Positions 1-13,073 of a stretch of DNA of 64,000 nt are shown piece after piece. Origin of the DNA: Callorhinchus milii (taxonomy: Eukaryota). A program made the translations under genes and the position numbers. How positions within the stretch are numbered: the first letter of the stretch is position 1; every line of letters begins with the position of its first letter. The stretch lies in assembly GCF_018977255.1 (NCBI RefSeq), contig NW_024704743.1, positions 42,906,001 to 42,970,000 on the forward strand, given 5' to 3'. The notes under the pieces are model-generated. The model did no database searches, had not been told where the DNA came from, and saw only the letters and a program-made list of their open reading frames with translations.

Positions 1-807
1 GTTGAACGTCAGCAAGACCGAGGCTCTCCTGATTGGCTCCCGTCAGTGCTTCCTCACCATCCAAGGATGCACATTCCACTTTACTAAGCCAGTCCAGAAC
101 TTTGGCATCTTGTTTAACCCTCAACTACCCTTTCTACCCTTCACCTGTGCCATGACCTGCCCTGCCTTCTCCAACCTCCGCAACATCTCCCGGCTCTGCC
201 TTTGTCTCACACCACAGGCCGCCGAAATCCTCAAACACGCATTCATAACATCCAGGCTTGACTATACAAACTCCCTGCTTGTCGCCCTCCCCGACTCCTC
301 CCTCCATAGGCTGCAGATCATCCAGAACTCTGCAGCTTGTGTCCTCGCACCAGGCTCCTTGACTCTATCAGCCCCATCTTCACCTTACTCCACAGCTTCC
401 CATCACTCAGAGGATAAAGTTCAAGATCCTGGTCATCACTGTTAAAGCCCTCCATGGTCTTGCTTCCCCCTACCTTTGCACCTCCTAACCCCCTACCAAC
501 TGGCCCACTCCCTCTGCTCAGCGGGCTCCAGCCTGCTTCATGTCCCCTATCTCGTTCGCCCCACCATTCGCGGACGGGCCTTCAGCCACTCTGCCCCCAC
601 CCCCTGGGAATCCATCCCGCAATCCCTCTGCCTTGCCACCTCCCTTGCATTCTTCAAGACGAACCGCAAGACCTTCCATTTCAACCCCCGCCCCCACGAT
701 CCACCCTCCCCGAAACCGACCCCCAGCTCAGGTCGAAATCACTGACCAGCACCTTGGGATGCCCTCCTGACGTGAAAGGCGCCATACAAATGTAATTTTG
801 TTGTTGT
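1..807 (+). mobile_element. L2-clade LINE 3' fragment (degenerate ORF2 C-terminus plus tail)
   Basis: Translation [12 protein letters not shown]...[15 protein letters not shown]...LQIIQNSAA is typical of L2 ORF2. Ends in the stem-loop tail followed by (TTG)n, like the element ending at 18726. Confidence 0.9.
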
Positions 808-1167
808 ACACTCAGAATGATGAATAGTCACAATGTCTGCTTGCAAACATCATTCTTGTGCATTATCAATACTACGTTTATTCTCCCTGCACTTGGGTAT
901 AAAACCAATATAGGACCCATGGTGTGTGACTCTCAGCTGCCCATTGCTTTAGAAGAGGCTGCACATGAGAATTAAATACACTACCAGTTGTATTCTGAAT
1001 TTACCATGGGAACAGTCTCCAGTTTAACTTTTTTTGAAAGGTTTGTTTAGCAAAGCCAGCTTGGCATTCAACCTCCATGCACCGGAGAACTTGGAACAAT
1101 GCAGAAATTGCACATATGAGTGGATAAATGATGGGATCAATTTGTAAGAGGCTCATTTCCTTTACAG

Positions 1168-1289
1168 AGAACCCCACGCAAATTGGAAGTGTTTCAGTCA
1201 CCATTAAAGTCCTCGACATCAATGACAATCCTCCAATGTTTGTCAAGGACTCCGAGGCTTATGTCTGTGAAAATGCCAAACCCGGTCAG
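1168..1289 (+). CDS. CDH20: Cadherin-20 internal exon (EC4/EC5 boundary), 122 bp
   Basis: tttacag| ... |gtaaga splice sites. Encodes NPTQIGSVSVTIKVLDINDNPPMF...VCENAKPGQ, containing the DxNDN calcium-binding motif. Confidence 0.95.
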
Positions 1290-1849
1290 GTAAGAGAAAG
1301 GCTGCTCAATACAGTGGGGGACACAGCTTGGAGCTATTCAAAGCTAATTAACTTCAGGAGAGTGAGTGAACCAGATGTCAGCATTTTCACTACATCTAGC
1401 ACTTTATTTCACTTTAAAAGCCATGTGAGTCTGAGGAACATTGCAGAGTATTTATATGTTTATACATTCCAGGATAAAGTTCTGAATTGGACATATATTT
1501 TTCCCCTAAATATTGTAAAATACCCCTCTCCTTAGTTATTTACAGAGCAGGATATTGTTTTGGGAAGGGATGAGTACAGAGGCATCCAACACTGGCACAG
1601 CTTAATTGGTGACAGTCATAAAAATGATTCACTTCCCCACTATAACCATCTCTAAAACTTGTATGAACACACGCACACACTTTTTCATGCCCACACAATA
1701 TGGAATATTATATATCCAACGCCAGGCAGTGCACCAGACAGATAAATGATATTGTTAGATATGTAAAGATACAGAGAAGGATGGTACATTTAAAAGGTTC
1801 TGATTTTCATACATCACACTCAAGCAATTGTACCCAATCGGTTGCCGGG

Positions 1850-2112
1850 TTTCCTTACTCTACATGCCTTGGTTACCCAGCAATAAGTGGGAACCTGGTT
1901 CTTAGTCGATTGGCGGATTGCTTTCCAGGGGTAATAATCCCTCAAAAAAATATTGGTCATTCAATCTATAGCTGTTTGTGCTACACTGCTGTGCTCAATT
2001 GGCCCACAAAATACACAGTCAATCCACTTTATAATATATTCTATGAAGTGCTTTGAGATGTCTCAACAACATGATAAGGCACAGTATCAAATGCAAGGAT
2101 TAATATTATTAT
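1850..2112 (+). mobile_element. 5'-truncated tRNA-derived Deu-domain SINE (long variant)
   Basis: Matches the body and tail of the full-length copies and ends aatgcaaggatta(tta)n. Confidence 0.85.
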
Positions 2113-2261
2113 TAAAAACAATAACAATGTTTTGCATAAATGGATTCTGCTACAGGTGATAAATGTAGGACTGAAATGGGGGTGGATATGTATCTTGTGT
2201 CATAGCATATACCAGCTGGCACCAGCACATACAGTTAGTTTTAATTTCCTTCTTTCCACAG

Positions 2262-2379
2262 TTGATCCAGATGGTCAGTGCAGTGGACAAAGACAACCCT
2301 CAGGGAGGTCACCACTTTTACTACGGTCTTGCTCCCGAGGTCGCCAACAACCCAAACTTCACTGTTCGTGATAATCAAG
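2262..2379 (+). CDS. CDH20: Cadherin-20 internal exon (EC5), 118 bp
   Basis: tttccacag| ... |gtaact. Encodes LIQMVSAVDKDNPQGGHHFYYGLAPEVANNPNFTVRDNQ. Phases match the neighbouring exons. Confidence 0.95.
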
Positions 2380-3483
2380 GTAACTCAAGGTTATTTTTTA
2401 CAGCCTTACCTACCTACATCATTGGTTTCTCACTACGGCTCTCATTAGGAAAACATGCACTTACACAATATAAACGACCCCTCTTGAATGGTTTCTGAGA
2501 GAATTGTAATTGTGCATTTGTTTTGGGTGTTTTGTTTGAGGAATTGCAGTTCTGAGCTTGTCTCGCTCTATTTTTCTCACAACAATTGGACTGCTTCACA
2601 AATGCAGACTGAAAACTGTCCATTGTTCTGACAATGACAAAACAAAAATAGCTTCAAAAGGCAGCATTAGAATTTGGTCTTTTCATTTGACAGCGGGCAG
2701 TGCCAAGCACGCAGTCTTTATTTCGCTAAAGTGACATTTGACTTTGCGCTTTTATGCACAGAGGTTTGTCGTATTCAAGCTAATGTATCATGATATTACA
2801 CACAGGTTTGAACAGTCAAGTCCTGAGGCCTGAAACCTTGCATTATAATAACTAGGTTACCAGGTATTAACCTGCTAATCAGAGGCTGAAGATGGCTGTT
2901 GATAGAAATGTCACTCTGGGGCAATGGAGGTGAGGAAGGGCTTGCTCTTGTGGGGCTGAGATTAAACTTTTTTAAAAGTTTTTAATCAGAAATTTCACCT
3001 AGTCTTAGTCTGTAATCTGTAAGACCAGTTGCCTTAAATTTAAAAGAGCGCAGTATTGTGGAAAATTGTTGATTTCAGTCTTATTTCGGAACAAGGTTCT
3101 TTTTAAGAATTATGTTTTCTTCCACATTTAGACTATATATGAAATTTTCATACTTCTGCACGATCTTAAATTCTAAGACAAAATGACTTTGCAGGCTAAG
3201 ACTAGATAGAATTTGGGGTCTAATGATAAGAAAAAATCAAAGGAGCATTAGTCTATACTTGACAATGTGCAGTACCAGGCGTAAGAGTGCAGATTGCTGA
3301 TCAAAAATTTTATCGTCCTCAATTTCGTTATTAAAAAAATATCCATAATCTATTTCAGAATGAATCACGACTGAAAATTGTACAGCAAATAATTCAATAG
3401 CACACATGCAATTGTACCCACCCATGCATGCACACACATATTTTACAACTTGTTGTATATTCTGTAATATGCTTTCCTTCCAG

Positions 3484-3735
3484 ACAATACTGCCTGGATC
3501 CTGACCAGAAGATCTGGGTTCAGACACCAGGAACAGGGCACCTATTACCTGCCCATCCTCATCGCAGATAGTGGACTTCCAATGCAGAGCAGCACGAGCA
3601 CACTGACGATCAGGGTGTGCGGTTGTGACTCCGATGGGAATGTCAGGACCTGCAATGTTGAGGCCTACAGTCTTCCTGTCAGCATGAGCAGAGGAGCACT
3701 GATTGCAATTCTGGCCTGTATCTTCATATTGCTGG
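3484..3735 (+). CDS. CDH20: Cadherin-20 exon (end of EC5 plus start of transmembrane helix), 252 bp
   Basis: ttccag| ... |gtaagc. Encodes [30 protein letters not shown]...[16 protein letters not shown]...[14 protein letters not shown]. Confidence 0.95.
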
Positions 3736-4237
3736 GTAAGCAAAGCACTGCAGTTGGGTTCATACGTGATCTACGCAAATGTATAAAATTATACGTACAG
3801 GTTTTAACAAATGTAGGCTACTGAGGCTCAGAAGCTCTGATGGCTTTTACCTGAAGGCTGTTGCCTTAAAATTTAACATTATGCAGAACAGTGGAACATT
3901 CTTAAATTCAGTAAAAACTAAATTTAAATTTTTTCAGAAATTCTGCGTAAATCCTAAATCTTGAGTTTGAGAACATGAAGATTTCAGGCCTCTGGATTCT
4001 ACAGACCAATATTCAGTGTCAATGGTCCCTTTAAATCAAATCTATTTTTATAGATCTGGAGCTGATTTCATAGCAATTCAATTAGTAGGACTGTAACTCT
4101 CGGCCTTACTAGAATGACCTATCCCTAAGCAGCCTAGAGTTCAGCCATTTCCTTATTCTTGATATGTTGCCTCATTCTTGACCACAAACAAGTTGAGCAG
4201 CAGATCCTTTTTACTTGCTAGAGTATATCAGAATTGA

Positions 4238-4482
4238 TACAAAAACAGAAGTCGTTGGGAACACTCAGCAGGTCAGGCAGCATCTATGGAGAAAGGAAAG
4301 TGAGTCAACTTTTCGTGTCCACAACCCTTCGTCAGAACTGATTCTGACGAAGGATCATGGACCTGAAATGTTGACTCACTTTCCTTTCTCCATAGATGCT
4401 GCCTGACCTGCTGAGTGTTCTCAGGGACGTCTGTTTTTGTTTCAGATTTCCAGCAACTGAAGTATTTTGCGTTTTGTTTAAA
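4238..4482. mobile_element. Non-autonomous palindromic element with hammerhead-ribozyme cores (Penelope-like terminus/retrozyme-like)
   Basis: TSD ATCAGAATTGA at 4227-4237 and 4483-4493. Inverted arms at 4239-4337 and 4342-4440. CTGACGA...GAAA core on both strands. Confidence 0.75.
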
Positions 4483-5029
4483 ATCAGAATTGACTAGTGC
4501 GTAATCTGAGTTATATCGAGCAGTAGATTTCAGTGAATCTATTTGTCACAAGATCATAAGATTGGTTTGGATGAATAAAGCCCTTCAGCACATCTAATCT
4601 CATCCTTCCAGAACAACCAAAATACCATCCTCCATCACTGTATAAAGCTTCTTTTCAAATGAGTCCAGTGTCTTGGCCTCTAACATTTTTCTTGGCAACC
4701 TGTTGCAGTCATTGATTATCCTTGAGTAAAGAAAAACAATGTGCACTAGGATAACAGATTGTACGTTCATTACCTATTCCTTTTGCTTGAAAATCAGTAC
4801 ATTCCTGACAATGCACTTTCAGTGTAAACATTCACTCATGAGAACAGGATGCTTATCCCTCTTACACTGTTTGCAATGGCAAACTGGAACCAAAGCTCTT
4901 CTCTGACTCTAGAACCAAATTACGTAACGTGATTCTCACTTTTCACTGGTGAACAAATGGATTTAGTGGTTCGCTTTAGGCTGCTACAATTTCTTAACTC
5001 AGAGTTCCTGTTAATATAAACAGTCACAA

Positions 5030-5640
5030 AATCACAAGATTGGTTTGGATGCATCTTTGGCCCATCTGATCTCATTCCTTCTGAATACCCACCTTATTGT
5101 CCTCCCATCAAGCTGTATTTTTAAATGAGTCGTGGCCTCAATCACCTTCCTGACAACCTATTTCAATCTTTAATTGCCCACTGATTAAATAAAAACTCCC
5201 CAGTGTCTGTCCTAAAATTGCTCTTTGCAATTCTAAACCTATGTCCTCTTGTTCTACTGCCTTATTCCATCCTAAAGATTGTTTTACAACTCTAAGAGGT
5301 CCCCTCTGAGTTGTCTTTCTCTTAAGACTTGTAACTAGTCTATGTGTTGCTCATAGCTCATTTCTCTAAAACTAGGGATCATCCTCATTGCTCTTCTCTG
5401 ACTCTAGGACCTAGACAGCCCCCTTATGTAGCAGAACTATACAGCCTGGTGATCTAAACTGAACTGATTTAGCAGTATAGCCCATCATCCTGTTTGCCTT
5501 GTTTATTGCTGTCTCACACGTTTTGACATAGTGAGTGATGAGTCAATTAAAACCCCGAGATCTCGTTCAACTTCCCCCTGGCAAATTTTGTTCCATCCAT
5601 GGAGTGCACATGTTGAGTATTATTACTTCCTCTGGTGGAC
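5030..5640 (-). mobile_element. Old CR1-like LINE 3' fragment (a similar piece lies at about 4555-4740)
   Basis: Resembles the reverse complement of the other CR1 3' ends in the window. Heavily decayed; boundaries approximate. Confidence 0.5.
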
Positions 5641-6197
5641 TTCACAAGCCATTATGAAATCTGCAGCAGTGAAGTATAATGACTACCTGATGTTTCAGTC
5701 AGCTCTAAGTACATGATGTTTTTCATACTGTTTTCACTTCATTTGGTCCAACACAAAGTAAAAGCCATTCACACTGCAGTTACAGCTGTCAGCAGATGTA
5801 ACAGGATGTGGGAGCATTTTCTTTTTGAAAAACTTGTGTGTTTTTCTCCTTCCTGTGGTTAAAGCCACTGCAGTGTTACAGGAAGAACGCTCTGAGCCAA
5901 GTCACAGATCAACTCTGTTGCTTAACTATTGGACCATGTGTTAGATTTAGCCAAACATCCAATGGATGGCAGACTTTCCAATTAAAGTCGATATTGTATT
6001 CCATTGGGACAAGCTCAATCTCTTAAATATTGGTATAAGAAGAATAAAAGTTGGTGAAGTACTGATATTCTGAGACTGGATGTCACCAGCAAAAGTAAAT
6101 TTTGGACATATAACAACAACTTTCATGGCTCGAAGCACTTTATCGAGACAAAGTGGAAATCTGAGCATGGTGAGAAGTAGGAAAAACAATGACAACC

Positions 6198-7217
6198 TGC
6201 TGAGTGGAGGGAGCGGACAGGTTGATCGGGGGTCAGCAGGTCAGAGATGTAGGAGGGGACAAGGCCATGGTGGGTCTTGAAAGTGAGGACGAGGATTTGG
6301 AATTCTATTCTCTGAGGGATGGGGAGCCAGTGGAGCCGGGTGAGGGTAGGGGTGATGGGGTCACGGAGCCTGGTGCAGGAGAGGACATGAGCTGCAGAAT
6401 CCTGGATGCTCTGCAGTTTGTGGAGGGAAGAGTTGGGAGGCCGGCAAAGAGGGAGTTTCCGTAGTCAAGCCTTGAGGTGATGAATGCATGTATGAGGGTT
6501 TGGGCGGCCTGAGGGGTGAGGCAGTGGCGGTGTCAGGCAATGTTGCGGAGGTGGGGGAAGGCAATGCAGGTCATGGCATGGATATGAGGGAGAAAGGACT
6601 GTTGAGAGTCGAACAAGACGCCCAGGTTCCTGACCTACTTGGTGAGGTGGAGTGTGCAACCGTGATGATGATGCTGCCAGTGCCTGAGGTGCTGAGGCAC
6701 TGGTGTAAGCCACTCTGGAGAGCCTCTGTTTTGCTGACATTCAGCTGTAGAAAGTTGGCTCTCATCCAGGACTTGATGTCAGACAGACAGTCTTTCAGGT
6801 TGTCAGTTGTGGAGTCCTGCAGCTCAGTGGTTAGAGCACTCACTTTGCAAGTGAGAGACCTGAGTTCAATTCCAGGCAGGGCGAAACCTTGGGCAAGTTT
6901 CCTTACTTCACACACCTAATAATAATCCCTCCAAAAAAACAATAATAAATTGGTCATTTTCAATCTACGACTGTTTGTGGGACATTGCTGTGCGCAATTG
7001 GCAGCCGCGTTCGCCCACAAATATACAGTCAATTCACTTTATAGTGTGTTCTGTGAAGCACTTTGGGACATCCTCCCGACGTGAAAAGCGCTATATCAAA
7101 TGCAAGGATTATTATTATTGTCCTGGAATCGAGGGTGGAGGCAGAGAGATAGAGCTGGGTGTCGTCCACGTACATGTGAAAGTTGAACCCATGTCTGTGG
7201 ATGATGTCACCAGGATG
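6198..7217 (-). mobile_element. L2 LINE ORF2 fragment interrupted by a SINE
   Basis: Minus-strand translation DCLSDIKSWMRANFLQLNVSKTEAL. It continues past the SINE into a degenerate YxDD region (about 7160-7180). Confidence 0.85.
6811..7117 (+). mobile_element. Full-length tRNA-derived Deu-domain SINE (short variant, L2-matched tail)
   Basis: GGAGTCCTG-AGCTCAGTGG A box, GTTCAATTCC B box, Deu-like core, (TTA)n tail, 4-bp TSD TTGT. Confidence 0.92.
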
Positions 7218-7543
7218 GGAGTTGAATTGACTAAAGATGCAGTTGAAACAGAGAGGTTTTCTAGAAGGGATTTGAAAGCAGAGGGAAGGTAGGAGGGAGG
7301 CAGAGCGGTTTTGTTGCAGAGACTGAAAGCACAGTGACTAACAATTCTTAAAAGATATTATGGGGTACATTGTCACTCCATCAATCTGTTTTACTTTTTT
7401 ACTCTTCAAATCTAATGTCGGCCTCCAGAATATTGGACTGGGCTATTAGGATGTTAGATCTAAGATTGGGCAATATAATTACAGTTATTTTTTTTAAAAA
7501 GACCTATGTTTAAAATCCTGCACAATTGATGTTTCTCTTTCAG

Positions 7544-8040
7544 TGCTGGTGTTATTTATTTTAACAATGAGAAAGCACAAGAAGCAGCCACTTATCTTTG
7601 ACGAGGAAGAAAACGTCCATGAGAACATTGTGCGCTATGATGATGAAGGTGGGGGAGAGGAGGACACAGAGGCTTTTGACATTGCTGCGATGTGGAATCC
7701 CAGAGAAGTCCAGCTGCTGAAGTCCAGGAGAGACATGGTCCCGGAAATCGAAAGCCTCTCCAAATATGTGCTGCAGTCTGGAGTCGGGGACAACAACGTT
7801 CACAACTACATTCTTGCGAAATTGCACGAAGCCAACACCGATCCTTGCGCTCCTCCCTTCGACTCACTTCAGACGTATGCGTTTGAAGGCAATGGTTCTG
7901 TAGTGGAATCACTGAGCTCCTTGGAATCAGCCACAACAGACTCAGATCTTAATTACGATTACCTGAGTGACTGGGGGCCCCGCTTCAAAAAGCTGGCAGA
8001 CATGTACGCGACTGCTGAAGATGATGAAGATTCGTTATAG
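7544..8040 (+). CDS. CDH20: Cadherin-20 last coding exon (end of TM plus cytoplasmic catenin-binding tail)
   Basis: ctctttcag| acceptor. Encodes YDDEGGGEEDTEAFDIAAMWNPRE (p120 site; AAMWNPRE is typical of CDH20) and PPFDSLQTY...DWGPRFKKLADMY. TAG ends at 8040. Linkage to RNF152 supports the paralogue call. Confidence 0.93.
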
Positions 8041-9738
8041 CCAGGTGAACGGAAGCTTTTGAACTGTGACCGATCTGTGAACGTGGAACTGCATCCATTT
8101 GGGACACAAGACATGTAGTCAGGCTGAAGTTCTGTCAGATTTGTACTGAGTCCAACATGCTACGCAAGCAATGCTCAGACACAAAGAGTGGCAAATAACT
8201 GAACTTGGCAAAGTCATTTTTCACCTGTAGGAAGGAAGAATAGAAAAAGACATTGAGTCAGCTCAGATCCTGAGAGAACACATGACTGCATCTTGGCTGA
8301 CCAACACTGGAAACGTGTCTTAGAATACAGCAACAGAACTCATTCCCTATTCCACCCCCCACCCCTACAATACACACCCTTTTTAATTGAAAAGGGATTG
8401 ACCTGCCTTTGAGATTTGCTTTTTCCATTTTAAAGCTCAACAACTCCATATGTGCAATAGGCCTGAATTTTAATTTGGAATGTCACAATAAGCTGAACTG
8501 CTGTGGCCCTGCAGTGTGTTATGATAAGAAGGGGGCATTTGCTTTTCCACTGTTTAATTATCACTTGTCAAAAGGTGCCCTATGTTTGAAAAATCACATG
8601 TAGCTACGGATTTATTTTGAGAGTGGAATGGTGACAGGGTCATCGTGTTAGTGCATTGAAGAGACTGAGGGCTTATCTGCATTGTAGATGTGCCATGGGT
8701 GTACCAGCCAACACACAGGCAGACTAGTACCTTTGAGTGTGTCACATCATCCCAAGCTAAATCTGAATTTGAATGTGCTTTTATAGGAAATCTGGATGTT
8801 TGTTCAAACTTGGTTTTCCTCAGTTGACAAGTACAGGTAGCTTCAGTTTCCCTTATGTAATGTGGTCCTGGTTCACTGGAAAGTGTTTCAAAAGCTCATT
8901 GTTAGTGTGGAGAATGAGGAGAAGCTGGAAAAAGTGTGTGCTGAGTACGTGCGCACATTGCCTCAATGGACGCCTTAAAGACTGAGATTCAGACAGTCCT
9001 ACCATCTCGACTTAATGAAGAAGGCTGTCAGCACTGGGGATCAAAGAAGGCGAATATTTTTCATGCGATTTTTTTGTTTAAAAAAAAGCTATTCATAGCT
9101 AAACACACAGTATATAGAGCACAAATTAATGAAATTCAAATTAGACTGAATAAATGCATACCTCATTTTCCTAGACTGATTGTGCATGCAATTTAAATTA
9201 AATTGGAATCAGATAGCTGTCAACAGATAAGCGATGTTTATTTGAATTACAGATTCAGGTTCTCCCCAGTTGCTACGGGAGATGGTTATCTTTCCCAGCC
9301 TCATGCAATAGATGCATGATACCATATGCATGATTTGTGCACACACTGGCTTTGAGTCTGAATCCCCACTTGGCTAATATCACCAGCCCAGTGGTCTCAA
9401 GGGCAAAATAATCGTATATTGGATCAACGCACTCTGAAACTAGTCTGGATTTATAGTACTGTACAAACGGAACTCAAGAGAAGAGAATCCCTCACACATT
9501 GCTTTTTCTATATAACTGCTATGGGACAGTTTGACCACATTTTCTGCACTCAATGAACCCTGGAGTTGCAAGAGTCATCCTGAGGCAAGAACCACAACAA
9601 AAAGGGGGCAAAGTAGCATCTTTGAAAAAAGAAACTGCATTTTCTTTCTTGTCTATGGAAAACATTTTTGTACATTTGTTAATTTCTTTTCAAAAAGAAC
9701 ATTGATGTACTGATCGGCAGTACATTAGAAGCTGTTTT

Positions 9739-9744
9739 AATAAA
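9739..9744 (+). terminator. Candidate CDH20 polyadenylation signal
   Basis: AATAAA preceded by U-rich sequence and TGTA motifs, about 1.7 kb after the stop. Other AATAAA sites exist near 9149 and 9901. Confidence 0.45.
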
Positions 9745-10423
9745 AGTAAAACTTGATCAATTTTGTCAGTAATTGACATATTCTTTGAATTAATGGTGTA
9801 ATTCTAGGTGACTTAATTGGCTGAGCCAAAGACTTGAATTCAGAATTTTTCTAGGTTTCAATCCCTGTGTATCCATTTAGCACCTCATCTTTTTGAAGCC
9901 AATAAATGAGTAACAAAAATCCTTCTGGGAAGTTAGGGTGACAAACAGGATAACTATGGGGTTGAACATTTTCTAAAGAGAACTAATGCAAGGATTATTA
10001 TTATTATTATTATCTGCGGATTGATTTCAGAACATTTTTTGAAGGTTGACCAACCTGTCATACTCATATAATAATCCTTGCATTTGATTATCTGTCTCAT
10101 CGTGTCATTAAAATGTCCCAATACTCTTCACGGGATTTTTAATGTAAAGTGTAGTGACTGTGTATTTAGTAGGCAAACGCAGCAACCAATATCAGCACAG
10201 CAAGGTCCCACAAACAGCTATGAAGTAAATGACCAATTTTATCTGGAGGATCGTTAGCCAGAAGAAACTCCTTTCTTGTCAATGAGCCTTGTAAGGTGGT
10301 CTTGGCTGAACAGTTACTGCGAAAATTATTGTGAAAATCAGTCATTTTAAATAATTTTAACTAAGATGCATGGTCATCATTAGTTGAGTGAATCATTAGT
10401 TGAATTAATGATAACAATGGTAA

Positions 10424-10607
10424 TCGATTGGTGGATCGCTTTTCCGGGGTTAATAATCCCCTCAACAAAAAAAATTGGTCACTCAATCGATGACTGTTTG
10501 TGGGACACTGTGGGTCAATTCACTTTATAAGATATCCTGTGAAGCGCTTTGAGATGTCTCAAAGACGTGATAAGGCACTATATCAAATCCAAGGATTATT
10601 ATTATTA
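10424..10607 (+). mobile_element. Truncated SINE (long variant)
   Basis: Matches the SINE body and tail. Confidence 0.8.
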
Positions 10608-13073
10608 ACAGTCTTCTCCAGGTCAGCGTACAGCAAAAAAAGGCAAAATTATGCCATTTTGTCATTAGTTTCTAAAGAAGTCTGTTCATTAGAGTGTGTA
10701 AGAACACTTTACCACTGTTCTTTGTTTAAGTAATGGTTTTGCTGTTCTGCACAATTAATCATTTCCAGTTTCATCATCAGCAATCTGAAGCAATTAACTC
10801 TTCATCTAAAGAGGTCAGCCTAACCTTAATTATTCACCCCTAGTCTAGTTAGCTCAGCTGAAGGGTGACATTCAACACTCAGCAAAAAGTTTTAAATTGT
10901 CTTATTAGTGCCTTGCGCAAAACATTGCTTTCTAAAATAAAGTAACTTGTTTTTTCTACAACATATCGGCTATTTCCTCCATTCGTGTACACCGCACAGC
11001 ACATAAATGTAGGGATAATTATTCATAGGAAAATAGAGAAGGTTTTCAAAGAGAATGAGAAGCAAAATCAATCAAATATAATGGTTCTTCTGCAACTGGG
11101 ACACAGAAAACATAGAAATGTCATCTGTGGAACGCAATTAGTTAGAGTTGCATCCTATTGTAGAATGGATTGGAAAACATGTCAGGCCAAAAAATATCAT
11201 GGGGATGGATACATGTTGGACAGAATTCTCCTTAACTCCCCATTTGTCCATATTCTAGTTATCTTAAGATGTGGAGATCTTGAAGATGGGGGAGTTTTAT
11301 CTTTTCAGAGATTTCACTTGACTTTAGATTCCTCTCTGGCGATTGCGTAGTGGGGTAGATAAGTGACAGAAATTCACAGCAAAAAAGTGAAATTAAGCTT
11401 GCATTTTCTAAATTATTCAATCAAGTTAACAATTTTAACCAATTTAAGCAATTTCCACAGGGAGCGGTGAATGAGACAGAATCCATATTAGCATAATAAG
11501 TTTTTTTTAGTAACGCTGGTAAACTTCAGTGCCAGTTTTTTTCAACTCTAAGTTGAGACAATTCTTGTCATTCAGAGTGCTATTATGTTCTTATATTATC
11601 CCACCTTGAGAGGATTGCATGGAAGAAAATGACCATTAAAAAAGGGAAACAGAAAAATGGAAAGAATATCAGTTAGTGTTTGTTTTTCAGCTCATATTCC
11701 ATTAGGCCAGGAGACCAGTGCTTTATCACTGTAGCTTCCGTGCTGCTATAAAACCTGTTTGAACTGCATAACCAGCAATTGATCTCTGGTGATTCTTTCT
11801 GAAATTACTGAGGTGTTTCTTGTCAAAGGAATTCTTTGATTTTTACTACACTTCAACACAATGAATATGGCTTTCACCACTTCTCTCTATCAGTGCCATA
11901 AAAAGATACAATAAAACATCCTGGTTCAAAGACTTAATAATACAGTATTTCTTATGGACCAACAAACCCATACTATTGTAACCTATGGATCGTACACCAG
12001 TAACCATTTCACACCTGGCACTGTTTGCATCTGTGAGTATTTTTCCAGTTGAGACTAGCTTCCGAATGTCCGAAGAGAAGCAATTGTTTTCCACAATAAC
12101 CCTTTTATGACAAAGCAGATACTTTCATGATGGTATGAGGCATTGTTTATTGTTTTCAAAATATCTTTTTTGAATATTGTATTTGGCTCTAAATTGTGGA
12201 TACATTTCTCCATTTTTACATTGTCTTGAGATGTAAGATGGAAGCAAAATAATATTGTTTAAAACAAAAAAGGTCTGTTCCAATGCAAACGCAAATATGG
12301 GCTAATATTTTCCTGAGCATGTTTGCTTCAAGCCTAAGGAACTGATGGAGCATGATAATTTGATATAATATATAATTTTTTTGTTATTTACAGCTGCAGA
12401 AGACCATCTGTCAAATAAGAATGAATTTCAAATTCTTCCAAAATGATACCTTATTTCAAATCAAATTTCCTGTCTCCATGTTCATGAAATAGGTGGCTCT
12501 TCAATCACCTGTTCAGGACCTGCACTCAACATTTGCTGCCTAGGTCCATATAAGATGTTTTATTGTATCTTTTGATGTTTATTCCTGATAGAGAGAAGTA
12601 GTGAAAGGTTTATTTACTGTGTATTTACTGTGTCAGCTCAGAACCACCATTTAGAGGGGGAAACAATTGGTTTCACAAGGTCATAAAATGTAAGGAAACA
12701 ACTTGGGAGTTCTAAACTCTGACATGATCTGAGTCAATATTTCAACTCCCCACCTTTTATATTTATCTAGTTCTTAGTACTTTGCAGTAAATTCACAGCC
12801 ATGTGAAAGTGCAGGACTGATATTACCCCGAAAAGAACCATAAGAGTCAGCATCTACGAATAATATTCCTTGCATTTGATGTAATGCCTTTCACGTCAAG
12901 AGCACATCGCAAATCTGTTCACAGAATATACCATAAAGTGCTTTCATATTTTGCAAGCGAAACACAGCAGCCAATTGGCACACAACAATGTCCCATAAAC
13001 AGCGATGGAGTAAATGACCATTGATTTATTTGAAGGATTGATGGCCAGGACATTAGAATAAACTCCCTTCTCA

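Noticed and set aside
1700..2159. Recurrent short ORFs ending ...YQMQGLLL or ...IKCKDYYY throughout the window
   Set aside because: Chance translations of the SINE tail, not a peptide family.
3237..3743. 168-aa minus-strand ORF (also the minus-strand ORFs at 7561-7936)
   Set aside because: Antisense shadows of CDH20 exons with no independent support.
4239..4440. Possible pre-miRNA or simple DNA MITE
   Set aside because: The stem is longer than a typical pre-miRNA. The element has an asymmetric tail, an 11-bp TSD and a single-arm copy elsewhere, which fit a Penelope-like terminus better. A MITE is not fully excluded.
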